Shown one piece after another: positions 36,338 through 46,311 of a stretch of DNA of 64,000 bases. Positions within the stretch are counted from its first letter, which is position 1. Each line of letters starts with the position of its first letter. Origin of the DNA: an uncultured virus (IMG/VR IMGVR_UViG_3300001605_000029) (taxonomy: Duplodnaviria > Heunggongvirae > Uroviricota > Caudoviricetes); IMG/VR virus record IMGVR_UViG_3300001605_000029, positions 1-64,000 of that record; one strand, given 5' to 3'. A program made the position numbers and the translations under genes. The notes below the pieces were generated by a model, which did not search any database, was not told the origin of the DNA, and saw only the letters and a list, made by a program, of their open reading frames with translations.

Positions 36338-36863
36338 TAAAATTCTCTAAATCGGTAGGACTTAAACATATGGAAATAATAGATCGCAGTTTACCAAGCT
36401 TAATGCCAGTAACTCCGTGCCAAGTAGGATTGACCTTTAACACATGCCATCGACGTTCTTCGATCTTAACTTCCTCTATTACAGTAGTGTTATCGTCGCC
36501 GGTCCAGAATGTCTTTACATTATCTCCTCCAGTTTCGATAATATAATTAATGGCATAATTTCTACCATAGTCAATATGTGTAGGGTGAACTCCTGTACCT
36601 TCTGTGTGTTTGATATAATGACTAACATGCAGCATAGTTTTTGTTAGCATTTCTTGCGGTATAGGATTAAAATTCGGTTGTAAAATGTTAACTAAGATCC
36701 ATTCTTTAACCAATTGAGGTATATAGGTTATGCTATGCCCTATTCCTTCTTTTTTATTAAGTTCGTTTAATCTAGGATCAACATCGATTAGATCTATATT
36801 TTTTAGGCATAGTTGTTCGAGTTCTAGGGGTAGTTTTGGAAGTTGTAGGTAAGAAAAATTCAT
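36306..36863 (-). CDS. Cupin/2OG-Fe(II)-like protein
   Basis: THID...WHGV...RSIISI. Confidence 0.65.
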   Translation of the reverse strand: MNFSYLQLPKLPLELEQLCLKNIDLIDVDPRLNELNKKEGIGHSITYIPQLVKEWILVNILQPNFNPIPQEMLTKTMLHVSHYIKHTEGTGVHPTHIDYGRNYAINYIIETGGDNVKTFWTGDDNTTVIEEVKIEERRWHVLKVNPTWHGVTGIKLGKLRSIISICLSPTDLENFNATEYFRSLL

Positions 36864-36866
36864 AAT

Positions 36867-36887
36867 AAAAGGGACCGAAGTCCCTTT
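36867..36887 (-). terminator. Intrinsic terminator after ahpF
   Basis: AAAGGGAC TTCG GTCCCTTTT. Confidence 0.8.
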
Positions 36888-36899
36888 ATTTATTTGAAG

Positions 36900-38408
36900 T
36901 TAATTACGTATCAAGTAATCAAATGCGCCTAACGCTGCTGTAGCACCTAACCCCATTGAGATGATGATCTGCTTGTAAGGATTATTAGTACAGTCGCCAG
37001 CGGCAAACACTCCCGGCAAATCAGTAGCACCGTGACTGTCCACAACGATCTCACCGAAACGAGTTCGTTCTAAACTGTCGCCGATCCAATCTGTGTTGGG
37101 TACAAGACCAATTTGAATAAACACACCTTCTAGTTCAATGTGCTGATCGTGACCGGTGTCTCGTTCTGTGTATGTAATCCCAGATACTTTTTCAGTACCA
37201 GTGATAGCTTTGACTTGTACGTTGGTATGAATACTAACATTAGACAAACTACGTAGGCGCTTTTGCAGCACAGCATCGGCTTTCATTTCCGGCATGAATT
37301 CGAACACAGTTACATGCCCAACAATGCCAGCTAGGTCAATAGCAGCTTCAACACCACTGTTGCCACCACCTACCACTGCCACATGCTTGCCTTTGAACAA
37401 CGGACCGTCACAATGCGGGCAGTAAGCAACACCCTTGTTCTTAAATTCTGCTTCACCCGGCACTCCAAGATTACGCCAACGAGCACCAGTCGAGATAATA
37501 ACAGTCTTGCTCTTTAACTTAGCACCAGACTCTAGTTCAACTTCAACCATGTCTTTACGTGTGATGCTTTTTGCTCGTTGTAAGTTCATTACATCCACAG
37601 CATACTCTTTGACATGTTCTTCCAATTGTGCGACTAGTTTAGGACCTTCTGTGTATTTTGTGCCGATAAGGTTTTCAATACCCATGGTGTCCATAACCTG
37701 TCCGCCAAAGCGTTCAGCTACAATACCTGTGCGAATACCTTTCCGTGCCGCATACACTGCCGCACTGGCTCCTGCTGGGCCACCGCCGATAACAAGAACA
37801 TCATACTCTTTGCCGTCAATGTCCGAGACATCTGCTTGGCTACCCATCTTGGCTAGAATTTCTTCCAATGTCATACGGCCTGATCCAAATGCAGCGCCGT
37901 CGAGCTCTACATAAGGAACAGCTAAAATATTCTTAGCAGTTACTTCATCTTGAAATACAGCGCCGTCAACCATAGTATGCTTAATGCCAGGATTCAGCAC
38001 ACTCATGATGTTAAGTGCCTGAACAACATCTGGACAGTTGTGACAGCTCAAACTAATGTAAGTAGTGAAGTTATGTTCACCACGAATGTTCTTGATCTGA
38101 TCAATGACTTTGTCGTCTACTTTTGGTTTGCGTCCGCTAACCTGTAGAAGAGCCATAATCAAGCTGGTAAATTCATGTCCCATAGGAACACCGGCAAAGG
38201 TCACGCGGTCACCGATAGAGAAACTGGGTGTGCGTTCAAGAGTTACATGCTTAGTATTAATGTGACGAGAAATAACTGCTAGCTCTTTGACCAGTTCAGC
38301 AATTTCCAGACTAACAGCATCAGTACCTAGACTGAGTTTGATAGTCACAGGACCCTCCATCAATGCAAGGTATTGTTCTAATTGTTGTTTAATTTGTGTG
38401 TCTAACAT
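36900..38408 (-). CDS. ahpF: Alkyl hydroperoxide reductase subunit F
   Basis: CHNCPDVVQA, GGGPAG, YCPHCDG, AFDYLIR. Confidence 0.97.
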   Translation of the reverse strand: MLDTQIKQQLEQYLALMEGPVTIKLSLGTDAVSLEIAELVKELAVISRHINTKHVTLERTPSFSIGDRVTFAGVPMGHEFTSLIMALLQVSGRKPKVDDKVIDQIKNIRGEHNFTTYISLSCHNCPDVVQALNIMSVLNPGIKHTMVDGAVFQDEVTAKNILAVPYVELDGAAFGSGRMTLEEILAKMGSQADVSDIDGKEYDVLVIGGGPAGASAAVYAARKGIRTGIVAERFGGQVMDTMGIENLIGTKYTEGPKLVAQLEEHVKEYAVDVMNLQRAKSITRKDMVEVELESGAKLKSKTVIISTGARWRNLGVPGEAEFKNKGVAYCPHCDGPLFKGKHVAVVGGGNSGVEAAIDLAGIVGHVTVFEFMPEMKADAVLQKRLRSLSNVSIHTNVQVKAITGTEKVSGITYTERDTGHDQHIELEGVFIQIGLVPNTDWIGDSLERTRFGEIVVDSHGATDLPGVFAAGDCTNNPYKQIIISMGLGATAALGAFDYLIRN

Positions 38409-38806
38409 TATCGTGTTCTTTCCGCTAATTGTTCATAACCTGCCCAACTTGGATGTACGCCATCCTTTTGTAAGCGGGTAATAGGCAGTACAGTATCTCC
38501 GTACTCTTCTGCCATGCCTCTAACTATTGCTTGAATCTCGGGCTTGATTGCAGGCAAGATCCAAAACACTCGAGCAGTAGTTCCTACCTTCTCACGAATG
38601 CGTTGTAACTCTGCCTTGGTCCTGACGCCTTTGTGATCATTGCTGCCTAAACTGATAATAACAGTTTGAGCAGACAGATCATTTTTCAAGTAGGCACGAT
38701 TCCATTGTGACGTATTCCAGCCGCCTCTGGCATAGGCGACACATTCAGATCTAGCCTGATGTGTGCCCACTGCAATGCTATCACCAAGGATCAAGCATTC
38801 AAGCAT
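38408..38806 (-). CDS. Small SGNH/GDSL hydrolase
   Basis: GDSIA, SLGSND, DGVHP. Confidence 0.82.
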   Translation of the reverse strand: MLECLILGDSIAVGTHQARSECVAYARGGWNTSQWNRAYLKNDLSAQTVIISLGSNDHKGVRTKAELQRIREKVGTTARVFWILPAIKPEIQAIVRGMAEEYGDTVLPITRLQKDGVHPSWAGYEQLAERTR

Positions 38807-39369
38807 TAGATCTTACCAACCAAGTCAAGACTTGGAGCGATAGTGGCTGCACCTTCTTTCCACTTGGCAGGGCAAACTTGACCTGGGTTAGCGGCTGTGT
38901 ATTGTGCTGCCTTCAACTTACGAAGTGTTTCACTCACGTCACGAGCAATTTCGTTTGAGTGAACTTCAGCAGTTTTAACAACACCTTCTGGGTTGATGAT
39001 GAAGGTGCCGCGAAGTGCAAGACCTTCAGCATCAATGTGTACACCAAATCCACGTGTCAGTGTATGAGTAGGATCGCCTACGATTGGGAAACGTGCCTTG
39101 CCAACTGCTGGACTTGTTTCGTGCCATACCTTGTGGCTGAAATGAGTATCAGTTGTAACGATGTAAACCTCTGCACCCATCTTTTCAAATTCAGCATAGT
39201 TGTCTGCGGCGTCTTCGATTTCAGTTGGGCAGTTAAATGTAAATGCTGCCGGCATGAAAATAAAGACATTCCATTTGCCTTTTACTGACTCGTCGGAAAC
39301 TTCAACGAACTTACCATTGTGGTATGCTTGTGTTTTGAAAGTGGGAATTGTTTGATTGATGATTGACAT
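38806..39369 (-). CDS. ahpC: Peroxiredoxin AhpC
   Basis: FTFNCPTE, TDTHFSHK, VCPAKW. Confidence 0.97.
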   Translation of the reverse strand: MSIINQTIPTFKTQAYHNGKFVEVSDESVKGKWNVFIFMPAAFTFNCPTEIEDAADNYAEFEKMGAEVYIVTTDTHFSHKVWHETSPAVGKARFPIVGDPTHTLTRGFGVHIDAEGLALRGTFIINPEGVVKTAEVHSNEIARDVSETLRKLKAAQYTAANPGQVCPAKWKEGAATIAPSLDLVGKI

Positions 39370-39420
39370 ATATTTCTCCTTGTGTGTTAATGTCTGCGGA
39401 ACACTGTGTTCCTTGTTTAT

Positions 39421-39506
39421 ATTGTATGTTTATTTACGCTATAGATCAATGGTTTTCCATAGGTTTTAACTAATATATTTTTATTGACGTTATAGGTTTT
39501 ATTAAT
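39421..39506 (-). promoter_or_regulatory. ahpC promoter with OxyR-like box
   Basis: ATTA-N7-CTAT-N7-ATAA-N7-TTAG-N7-CTAT just upstream of TTGATC-17-TACAAT. Confidence 0.6.
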
Positions 39507-39513
39507 AACATCA

Positions 39514-39540
39514 AAAGAAAAGCACCCAAAGGTGCTTTCT
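39514..39540 (-). terminator. Terminator after tmRNA
   Basis: AAAGCACC TTTG GGTGCTTTT. Confidence 0.8.
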
Positions 39541-39544
39541 ATTA

Positions 39545-39810
39545 TTTTCTGTTACGAGGTATAATTACCCTAAGCAGTGTTTAGGCTGCTAATGCGAACT
39601 GTGAGTCGTTTGCGTTTACTTTGTTGTGCTTCTGCGACCGGGTTACCCCAATCCTAACGGCTTCTACATTGCCGGACTGTCCATTTCCGTACTCTTGACC
39701 CAATCGATAGCCTGGTCATCCCCACCTAAATATACATTATACACTTAGGTGGAGATGGTGGGAGTCGAACCCACGTCTTGAATCCTTTTCTGTCTACTTC
39801 ATACAGTCTT
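39545..39810 (-). ncRNA. ssrA: Circularly permuted (two-piece) tmRNA
   Basis: T-arm/3' acceptor CATCTCC-A-CC precedes 5' GGGGATG (G3.U70); tag frame ANDSQFALAA* at 39581-39613; outer ends approximate. Confidence 0.92.
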
Positions 39811-39884
39811 AACTTACATATAAAAATGTATCCACACAAACGTCACAATTAGAATTGCTACAATAAGGTGGTACAGTTTCATAA

Positions 39885-40088
39885 TTAAGCAGGTTGAATA
39901 TTACTGGCTTGTTTGCCCTTCATACCCATTGTTACCTCAAAGCGCACTTCTTGCCCTTCTTGCAGAGTTTTAAATCCACCTCCCTGAATTTGTGTGTAGT
40001 GAGCAAATAAATCCTCACCGCCCTGATCCGGAGTAATAAATCCAAAACCTTTAGTTTCGTTAAACCATTTTACTTTACCTGTTGCCAT
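39885..40088 (-). CDS. cspA: Cold-shock protein
   Basis: GKVKWFN..KGFGFI, LFAHY. Confidence 0.95.
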   Translation of the reverse strand: MATGKVKWFNETKGFGFITPDQGGEDLFAHYTQIQGGGFKTLQEGQEVRFEVTMGMKGKQASNIQPA

Positions 40089-40214
40089 TTTAATTTTTCC
40101 TTTGTGTTAATACTACTGATCTGCCAATTTCATTTTGCGGTACTAACACAAAGGTTACTGCCTACTTCAACTACTCTAACCAACAAACTTTTCATATATC
40201 TTATTTAAACATCT

Positions 40215-40752
40215 TTACGCGAAGATGTCAATTTTTTCTTTCTCTTTTTCTACTGTTTTTTCTGGACGGATTGGTTCGAGCCAACTGTCGGGAATGTAGG
40301 CTTTGGGAGTATCGCCTAGCATGTTTTGTAATCCATAGTCTGTAGCTATCCACCAATAGTGATCAGTAATCATAGCTTTACAAGATACTCCGCGAAAGTT
40401 AAATTCTTCACCCTGTTGCAAATAGCCAATATATTCGTCAACTAATACAGTCTTGCCAATATTAGCGGGACGTAGACTCATAATAATTTTGGCAAGATCA
40501 CCCTTTTCACATTTCATTTTTAGAATTCCCCATTAACTTTGTATGCAATATCATGTTTTCCACAATTAGCTTAGTAATAGTGGCCAACATAATAATTCGA
40601 TCGGCATCGTTATTTAGATCTTTATCAAATTGCTCAAGAACACTAGTGGCGATCATTTTGAGTGCTTGTTCTTTACCCTGTTTAAAGACATCCCAATCAA
40701 TCGGGTCTCCTTCTTCTACAGCAAATGCAATATCAATTAATTGGTCGAGGTT
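40215..40752 (-). CDS. Two hypothetical proteins (40215-40517; 40507-~40752)
   Basis: Coupled ORFs. Confidence 0.7.
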
Positions 40753-41162
40753 TATTTTAGCCATCCGATTTTTTCTCCGTTGTGTTTTCTGCGATCGTGT
40801 TCTTCAACGCTGCCGGGAAAACGCCAAGCCCATACAGCCACAATAGCCATAAAAATAGCAGTACTAATAATGCCAATTGTTTTTACTCCGGTAAAATACA
40901 TAATAATTAAACTGGTACTCATCATAAACAACATAAAGTATTTCATCTTTGTTGGGAACACACGTTTTTGTCCCCAATTGGTAAGGAAAGGTCCGAATAG
41001 TCGATGATTCATAATCCAACGATGCATACGTTCGCTACCTTTGCTAAAGCAATAGGCAGCAAAAACTACGAATATACTATAGGGTAATCCGGGTGTGATA
41101 ATGCCTACATAGGCCATACCTAAACTTAAAAAACCCAACGTATTCCAAAATAACTTTTTCAT
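40752..41162 (-). CDS. DUF454/YbaN-like membrane protein
   Basis: GIITPGLP...AAYCFSKGSERMHRW...FGP. Confidence 0.85.
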   Translation of the reverse strand: MKKLFWNTLGFLSLGMAYVGIITPGLPYSIFVVFAAYCFSKGSERMHRWIMNHRLFGPFLTNWGQKRVFPTKMKYFMLFMMSTSLIIMYFTGVKTIGIISTAIFMAIVAVWAWRFPGSVEEHDRRKHNGEKIGWLK

Positions 41163-42214
41163 TTTTTAACTGGTCTCCAGATGCTAACTAGTGAACCGTT
41201 ACCAGGTGGATTGTATCCGCTAGGCCAAGATTGCGTTGCCGATCCACCGCTAGGATTGTTTGCGTTTTTTGCTTTATCACTTTGATTACCGCCCACAAAT
41301 GTATACTTACCTGCCGAACCGGTGTAAATGAAATTAACATGGCTATAACTCCATAAGCAAATGTCACCGGGTTGTCCTTGATCCAACGGAATCTGTTGTG
41401 CTTTGTATTCCGATGCCCTATCTCTAATATCACGTGCTCTTGCTGTTTGAACAAATCGATATCCTGTATTTTTTAGTACATAGTTAACAAATCCCATACA
41501 CCAAGCAGTCTGGTCGCTGCCCCATGCACCGTTGTTACCAAATCCCAACTCTTTCCAAATATTTAAAATCTTTGGGTTGCTGGAACCGCCGCCCATACCA
41601 GTTTCACTCCATTGACCTTTTGCTGCTTCATCTAATACCGACCTAAGAAATGTTGGAATGTCTCCAGCAGGGGGAGTTGGATCTATTAAGCTTTCTCCCG
41701 AAGATCTAGGCTGCTCGGGAGTTCCGGCATAATTTTCTTTGATCTGGTCATTAGTCACTGCTGATTTTTGTTTGTATTTTTCGGGAGCAGCGACATAGTC
41801 GTTAGTTTTCTTATCGATCTTTGCTTGAGCAGCAGGTGATATTACAACAGGCGGCACTACTAATCTTTTAGGAGGTGAATTTGGGGGCGGTGTTGACGCC
41901 TCGGGCTGAACTGGTGCTGAACCAACAACCTCTCCGGCAAATACATTTGGAGATCCTTCTGCTACAATCGAACCACATATAACAGGATCTCCGATTCTGC
42001 AGACATCCAAAAAGTTAGCAAATACTGTTGGACTTCCAGCTTCAAGATTTGAATCATGACAGGCAGCGCCGCAACAATGAACCGGCCAATGATCAGTTTT
42101 TCTATGCACAGCTATATCATTTGCATAGACATCTGGGCTTGCCTGGTCGTTACCTCTTGGGGGCCAACATCCGTGTCCGGTACATATGTCTCCTAATCTT
42201 GTTACTGGTGGCAT
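41159..42214 (-). CDS. PAAR spike-tip domain fused to CHAP/NlpC-like (TIGR02594-type) amidase
   Basis: MPPVTRLGD..GHGCWPP...CRIGD..CG; C-terminal TAWCMGFV, SHVNF, GGNQS. Confidence 0.8.
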   Translation of the reverse strand: MPPVTRLGDICTGHGCWPPRGNDQASPDVYANDIAVHRKTDHWPVHCCGAACHDSNLEAGSPTVFANFLDVCRIGDPVICGSIVAEGSPNVFAGEVVGSAPVQPEASTPPPNSPPKRLVVPPVVISPAAQAKIDKKTNDYVAAPEKYKQKSAVTNDQIKENYAGTPEQPRSSGESLIDPTPPAGDIPTFLRSVLDEAAKGQWSETGMGGGSSNPKILNIWKELGFGNNGAWGSDQTAWCMGFVNYVLKNTGYRFVQTARARDIRDRASEYKAQQIPLDQGQPGDICLWSYSHVNFIYTGSAGKYTFVGGNQSDKAKNANNPSGGSATQSWPSGYNPPGNGSLVSIWRPVKK

Positions 42215-42215
42215 A

Positions 42216-42958
42216 CTATCTCCTGTCGTTTACTGCTGCTGCTAGTAGAGCTTTACTAGCATCATAATCAGCAAATATTATTATAGTAAAAATAGTGGTA
42301 TAACTGCCTTCGAAATCCTCTGAAAATACTGTCAGCGTATATTCAATTAGATCTTTAGTGTCTTCTCTTACTTTTACTATATGCGGTGCAACAACAGGGC
42401 CCGGAAAGTCAGTCCACGCATCAAACCCCGATACTCTAACAACCTCACCTGCCACATTCAGATATTCTATATATTGTAACGGAAATATTGTAGGATCTAT
42501 GATATATGTAGCTGTAACAGAACCAGAAGATCCAGTAACAACAATCGGGGCCGGGTTCGGAGAAATTGCATAACTGACGTACTCACCGGGGATGCCCGCA
42601 GTACCCGAAGCGCTGACTGTTTCTCGAGTACTCAGGATTAAAGACATTAGCTGATAATACTACCGGCACTTACTGGTTGAATCCCAGTAGTTTGATATAC
42701 ATACTGATCTGCAATTTCTTTGTAACATGCTGCTGTTACAATAATTGTCGATTTGTTAAACGTGAGACTAGCGTCGGGATTAACAGTCATCATAACTGGG
42801 GCCATTGCCGGACCTTTTGGAGTCATTGCTATCATTAGCGGTTTTTCTAATGTAATAGCCATCATGTCGTCTTTAACAAACCGACCGATAATTTCTTCGC
42901 CACCTGTAGTTTTTAAACTAACAACATCACCTTCGCTGAACTTTTTCTCAAATAGCAT
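42216..42958 (-). CDS. Two hypothetical proteins (42216-42647; 42647-42958)
   Basis: Coupled ORFs; second has Sm-like VSLKTTGGEEIIGR start. Confidence 0.7.
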
Positions 42959-43191
42959 TACGCACTCTCTTTCTCTAAGTAATTTTTTAATTCTGTAAAA
43001 CCGCCGATTAAGTCTTCACCTAAAAAAACTTGCGGTACACTTCTTGCGGTGGGCACAGCTTCTAATAAATCTTCTTTGGTATACCCGTCGCCAATTTTGC
43101 GTTCTTCGAATACAATGCCTTTCCGTGTCAGCAATGCCTTTGCTTGATCACAATACGGGCAATGATATTTTGACCATACTACTGCTTTCAT
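42958..43191 (-). CDS. Glutaredoxin
   Basis: CPYC, SVPQVF, IGGF. Confidence 0.95.
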   Translation of the reverse strand: MKAVVWSKYHCPYCDQAKALLTRKGIVFEERKIGDGYTKEDLLEAVPTARSVPQVFLGEDLIGGFTELKNYLEKESA

Positions 43192-43550
43192 TTTACTTCC
43201 TTAAGGTTTTTCTATTTCTACAATAACAGTTTCACCAACAAGTTCTTGAACAATAGCTTCTAGATTTGTCGAAAACTCGTCGTTAGTTAATGGGGTACTA
43301 TCTTCTGTTACTTCTTTAATTAGCTTACTCAGCTTTACTAAGATAATTTCTTCTTGAATTTTTGCCATGATTTATCCAGTATATACTACGTTGCCCGATT
43401 TACCTACAACTCGTACTAAAATTGCACCTGCTCTCTTTTTAGTTAATGCTGCACTAATAGCTTGAGATTCAGTTCCGTAAGAACCTAGGGTAGTCCATTT
43501 TTCAAATGGTGTACGAGTTTTAAATTGAGCTTTGAACATACTAATACTTA

Positions 43551-44651
43551 TCACAAATCGGGCAAAGCATCGTAGTCGAGCGTTTCGCTCATGATTCCGA
43601 TAACATAGTTAGTCGATTCATTTTCTTGCAAGGCAGTTTGTTTCTTGCTAGTATCCACATGTTTGTTAAACCACGGAATGGGTGTTGACTTAGGAGCATT
43701 AGCAAGATACTTAATACCGATGTCTTTCAAAGCACCTACTGCTGTATAGTCCACGAAGTCTTTTAGAATGTTGGCGTTAAGACCTATAACTGGGCCCATC
43801 TTAAACAAATAATTGGCCCACTCTTTTTCTTCACGGATAACATCCATGTACATTTGATAAACTTCTTGTTCACATTCTATTTTGGCCTGTGCAAATCTAG
43901 GATCTTCCTTGACTACTTGATTAATTAAGTAGGCTGTCCACCCTTTATGCAACAATTCGTCTTGTAAAATCAAACTGATAATATTGCCATTGCCGATAAA
44001 GATCTTATTCTCTACCATTGCTAGGCTTGTAGCAAAGCTAACCATAAAGCGGAATGCTTCTAGTGCATAGCTGGCATTGAGTGCCAGCCAGATCGCCTTA
44101 ATGTGTTCGCCTTCTTTGACTTCACCGCCGATCTCTTTTAAGCAGTTAATTTTGTGCAGTGCATCGTAATACAAACCAACGCTGGATGCCATGTCTACAA
44201 TTTCTTTAGTATCGTGGATTGTGTTAAACACTTCCTTGGGCACATTGTAGATGTTGCGAATAATGTGCGAGTATGACTTGCTGTGAATGTTAGTTTCGAA
44301 AAATCCCCAGTTATACATTAGAGCTTCGACTTCTGGCAAGCTGCACACAGGCGTGAATACCTGCGTTGGGCCTCGACCTTGAAGACTGTCCAACGCAGTT
44401 TGGCGAAGTAAGTTGCTGGTAAAAATATGCTTAACTGCATCACTAGCTTCTTTAAAATCGTTGGCGTCTTTGGTAAGACTAATCTCTTCTGGTTGCCAGA
44501 AGAAGCCACGAGCAGTGGCATCAAAGTCTGCAATTTTTTTATATTTTACTTCTTCGAATCTTTGTATAGTAACTGGCCCAGCAGGATCCAGAAACATTTT
44601 ACGACCTAAGTAGTCTGTTTTTGTTGTTAAGTTATATTGTTGTTTTGACAT
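43551..44651 (-). CDS. nrdB: Ribonucleotide reductase class Ia beta subunit
   Basis: FFWQPEE, ETNIHSKSY, DELLH, LQENESTNY. Confidence 0.95.
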   Translation of the reverse strand: MSKQQYNLTTKTDYLGRKMFLDPAGPVTIQRFEEVKYKKIADFDATARGFFWQPEEISLTKDANDFKEASDAVKHIFTSNLLRQTALDSLQGRGPTQVFTPVCSLPEVEALMYNWGFFETNIHSKSYSHIIRNIYNVPKEVFNTIHDTKEIVDMASSVGLYYDALHKINCLKEIGGEVKEGEHIKAIWLALNASYALEAFRFMVSFATSLAMVENKIFIGNGNIISLILQDELLHKGWTAYLINQVVKEDPRFAQAKIECEQEVYQMYMDVIREEKEWANYLFKMGPVIGLNANILKDFVDYTAVGALKDIGIKYLANAPKSTPIPWFNKHVDTSKKQTALQENESTNYVIGIMSETLDYDALPDL

Positions 44652-44655
44652 AGTT

Positions 44656-45672
44656 TTATAGTTTACAGGATTCGCATGACTCTTCGTCGTCGAAGTCAAT
44701 AGGCTCTAACATTGTGGGTGATTCTTCTGCCGCTGCTTTACTTCCTGCTTTATTAATCAGACTGTAATAAAAAGTCTTTAATCCCCACATGTGAGCCTGC
44801 ATTAGATTTTTAGCAATTAGTGTAGTGGGTACTTTACGATCTGGAAAATGTGCTGGATTGTAGAAAGTGTTAGTACTAATACTCTGATCTGTGTAGGCTG
44901 CAATAACAGCCGCAGTCTTAATATAGCCTTCGCAATCTTTCTGTTCCCACATTAACTGATACTTGTTCTTTAACTTGTGATACTCTGGGACAACTTGTAC
45001 GAAAGATCCTGCTTTTGATTCTTTAGTACTAATCAAGCTCATAGGCATCTCAATACCGTTGGTACTGTTGATAACAACACTACTACTTTCAACAGGAGCA
45101 ACTGCACCGTTAGTGGCATTACGAACTCCGTACAGTTTCATTTCAGCACGTAGCGTTTCCCAATCCAGTTCAGGAGCAAAGTCAGTGAGTTCATTCACGC
45201 CAGCGGCACGTAGTTCCCAAGGAAACACACCTTGGCCGTAACGTGTTTTATCTGATCCCAAGCATCGGCCACGCTCTCGAGCCAGTTCCACACTCATCTC
45301 TGTCAAGTAAAAGCTCTGATGTTCCTGCCAGGTTTTGACTTCGGCCAGTGCATCGGCTTCTCCGTATTTCAAACCACGCTTGGCGTGCCAGTAGGCCAAA
45401 TTGGTGATACCAATACCTAGTGGGCGGATCTCGTCGTTGCTTAGTTTAGATTGAATACTAAGAAAATCTTGGTAATCGAGAATATTATTAAGACTACGAT
45501 GAAGAATCCGACAAGCACGGCGCATGTCTTCTGGATTACGGAACGCACCCCAATTGATTGAACCCAATGTGCAAAGGGCAATACGTCCCTCTGCTTCGTC
45601 AATTTCATAGTATTCATATTCTTCATCTAACTCTTCGGGTAGACATTCTATTTCTTCGTATAATTTATTCAT
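44656..45672 (-). CDS. nrdA: Ribonucleotide reductase alpha subunit, C-terminal fragment
   Basis: IALCTL, APVESSS, LKTFYY, terminal CESCKL. Confidence 0.93.
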   Translation of the reverse strand: MNKLYEEIECLPEELDEEYEYYEIDEAEGRIALCTLGSINWGAFRNPEDMRRACRILHRSLNNILDYQDFLSIQSKLSNDEIRPLGIGITNLAYWHAKRGLKYGEADALAEVKTWQEHQSFYLTEMSVELARERGRCLGSDKTRYGQGVFPWELRAAGVNELTDFAPELDWETLRAEMKLYGVRNATNGAVAPVESSSVVINSTNGIEMPMSLISTKESKAGSFVQVVPEYHKLKNKYQLMWEQKDCEGYIKTAAVIAAYTDQSISTNTFYNPAHFPDRKVPTTLIAKNLMQAHMWGLKTFYYSLINKAGSKAAAEESPTMLEPIDFDDEESCESCKL

Positions 45673-46311
45673 TCTTCAACCTTTTGTTTTGTTTCTTCCG
45701 ATTTCCATGCTCTTGGATCAACTGTTTCACCTGTAAGTTCATATCTGAAGTCTGGATCGNAAACCATATAGCCCAGTTTGTTCCATTTGATTACACCATC
45801 GTCAAACAAAAAGATACAGCCACGACACATGCAGAAACTGGCACCATTGTCACTCATCACATTACCGTTGACTGTGCCCACATACTTGACTACATTGCCT
45901 TTATACATTTCTCTCAATGCTTCGTAGTAGTCAATCATTCTTCAACTCTAGCAGGTTTGAAGAACGGTGTAGACCCCATCATACGGAGGAACACCAATCC
46001 GTTGGGCAAGGTGTCTAAACTACCTCGGTGTCGTTCGATCCTGACCTCACCGTTGTGTTCTGTGCCGTAGAAAAACTGATCCGTAGCACCACCGTCTATT
46101 TGTTGTTTAAAATATTCGTTCATTCTTCAACTCCGAAATCTTGTTTAGTTTTCCAAATAGCAAAATCTAAATCGCCATCACAATTTTCCATATTGTGTAG
46201 ACATTCCCGCACAATCAACTCGGCGAACTTTTCCTTACTGAAGATTAACTCGCCATCATACTCAACAAGACTCTGTGCGGCAAACTTTTCTAACATTGGT
46301 ATCTTACTCAT
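45669..46311 (-). CDS. Three small hypothetical genes inside split nrdA (45669-45938, 45935-46123, 46120-46311)
   Basis: ATGA-coupled; all end in VEE*. Confidence 0.65.

Noticed and set aside
25365..39369. Bacterial chromosome origin
   Set aside because: Host-like genes sit singly among phage hypotheticals, PAAR, homing endonuclease and T4-like motifs, without their usual operon partners such as dnaJ and grpE.
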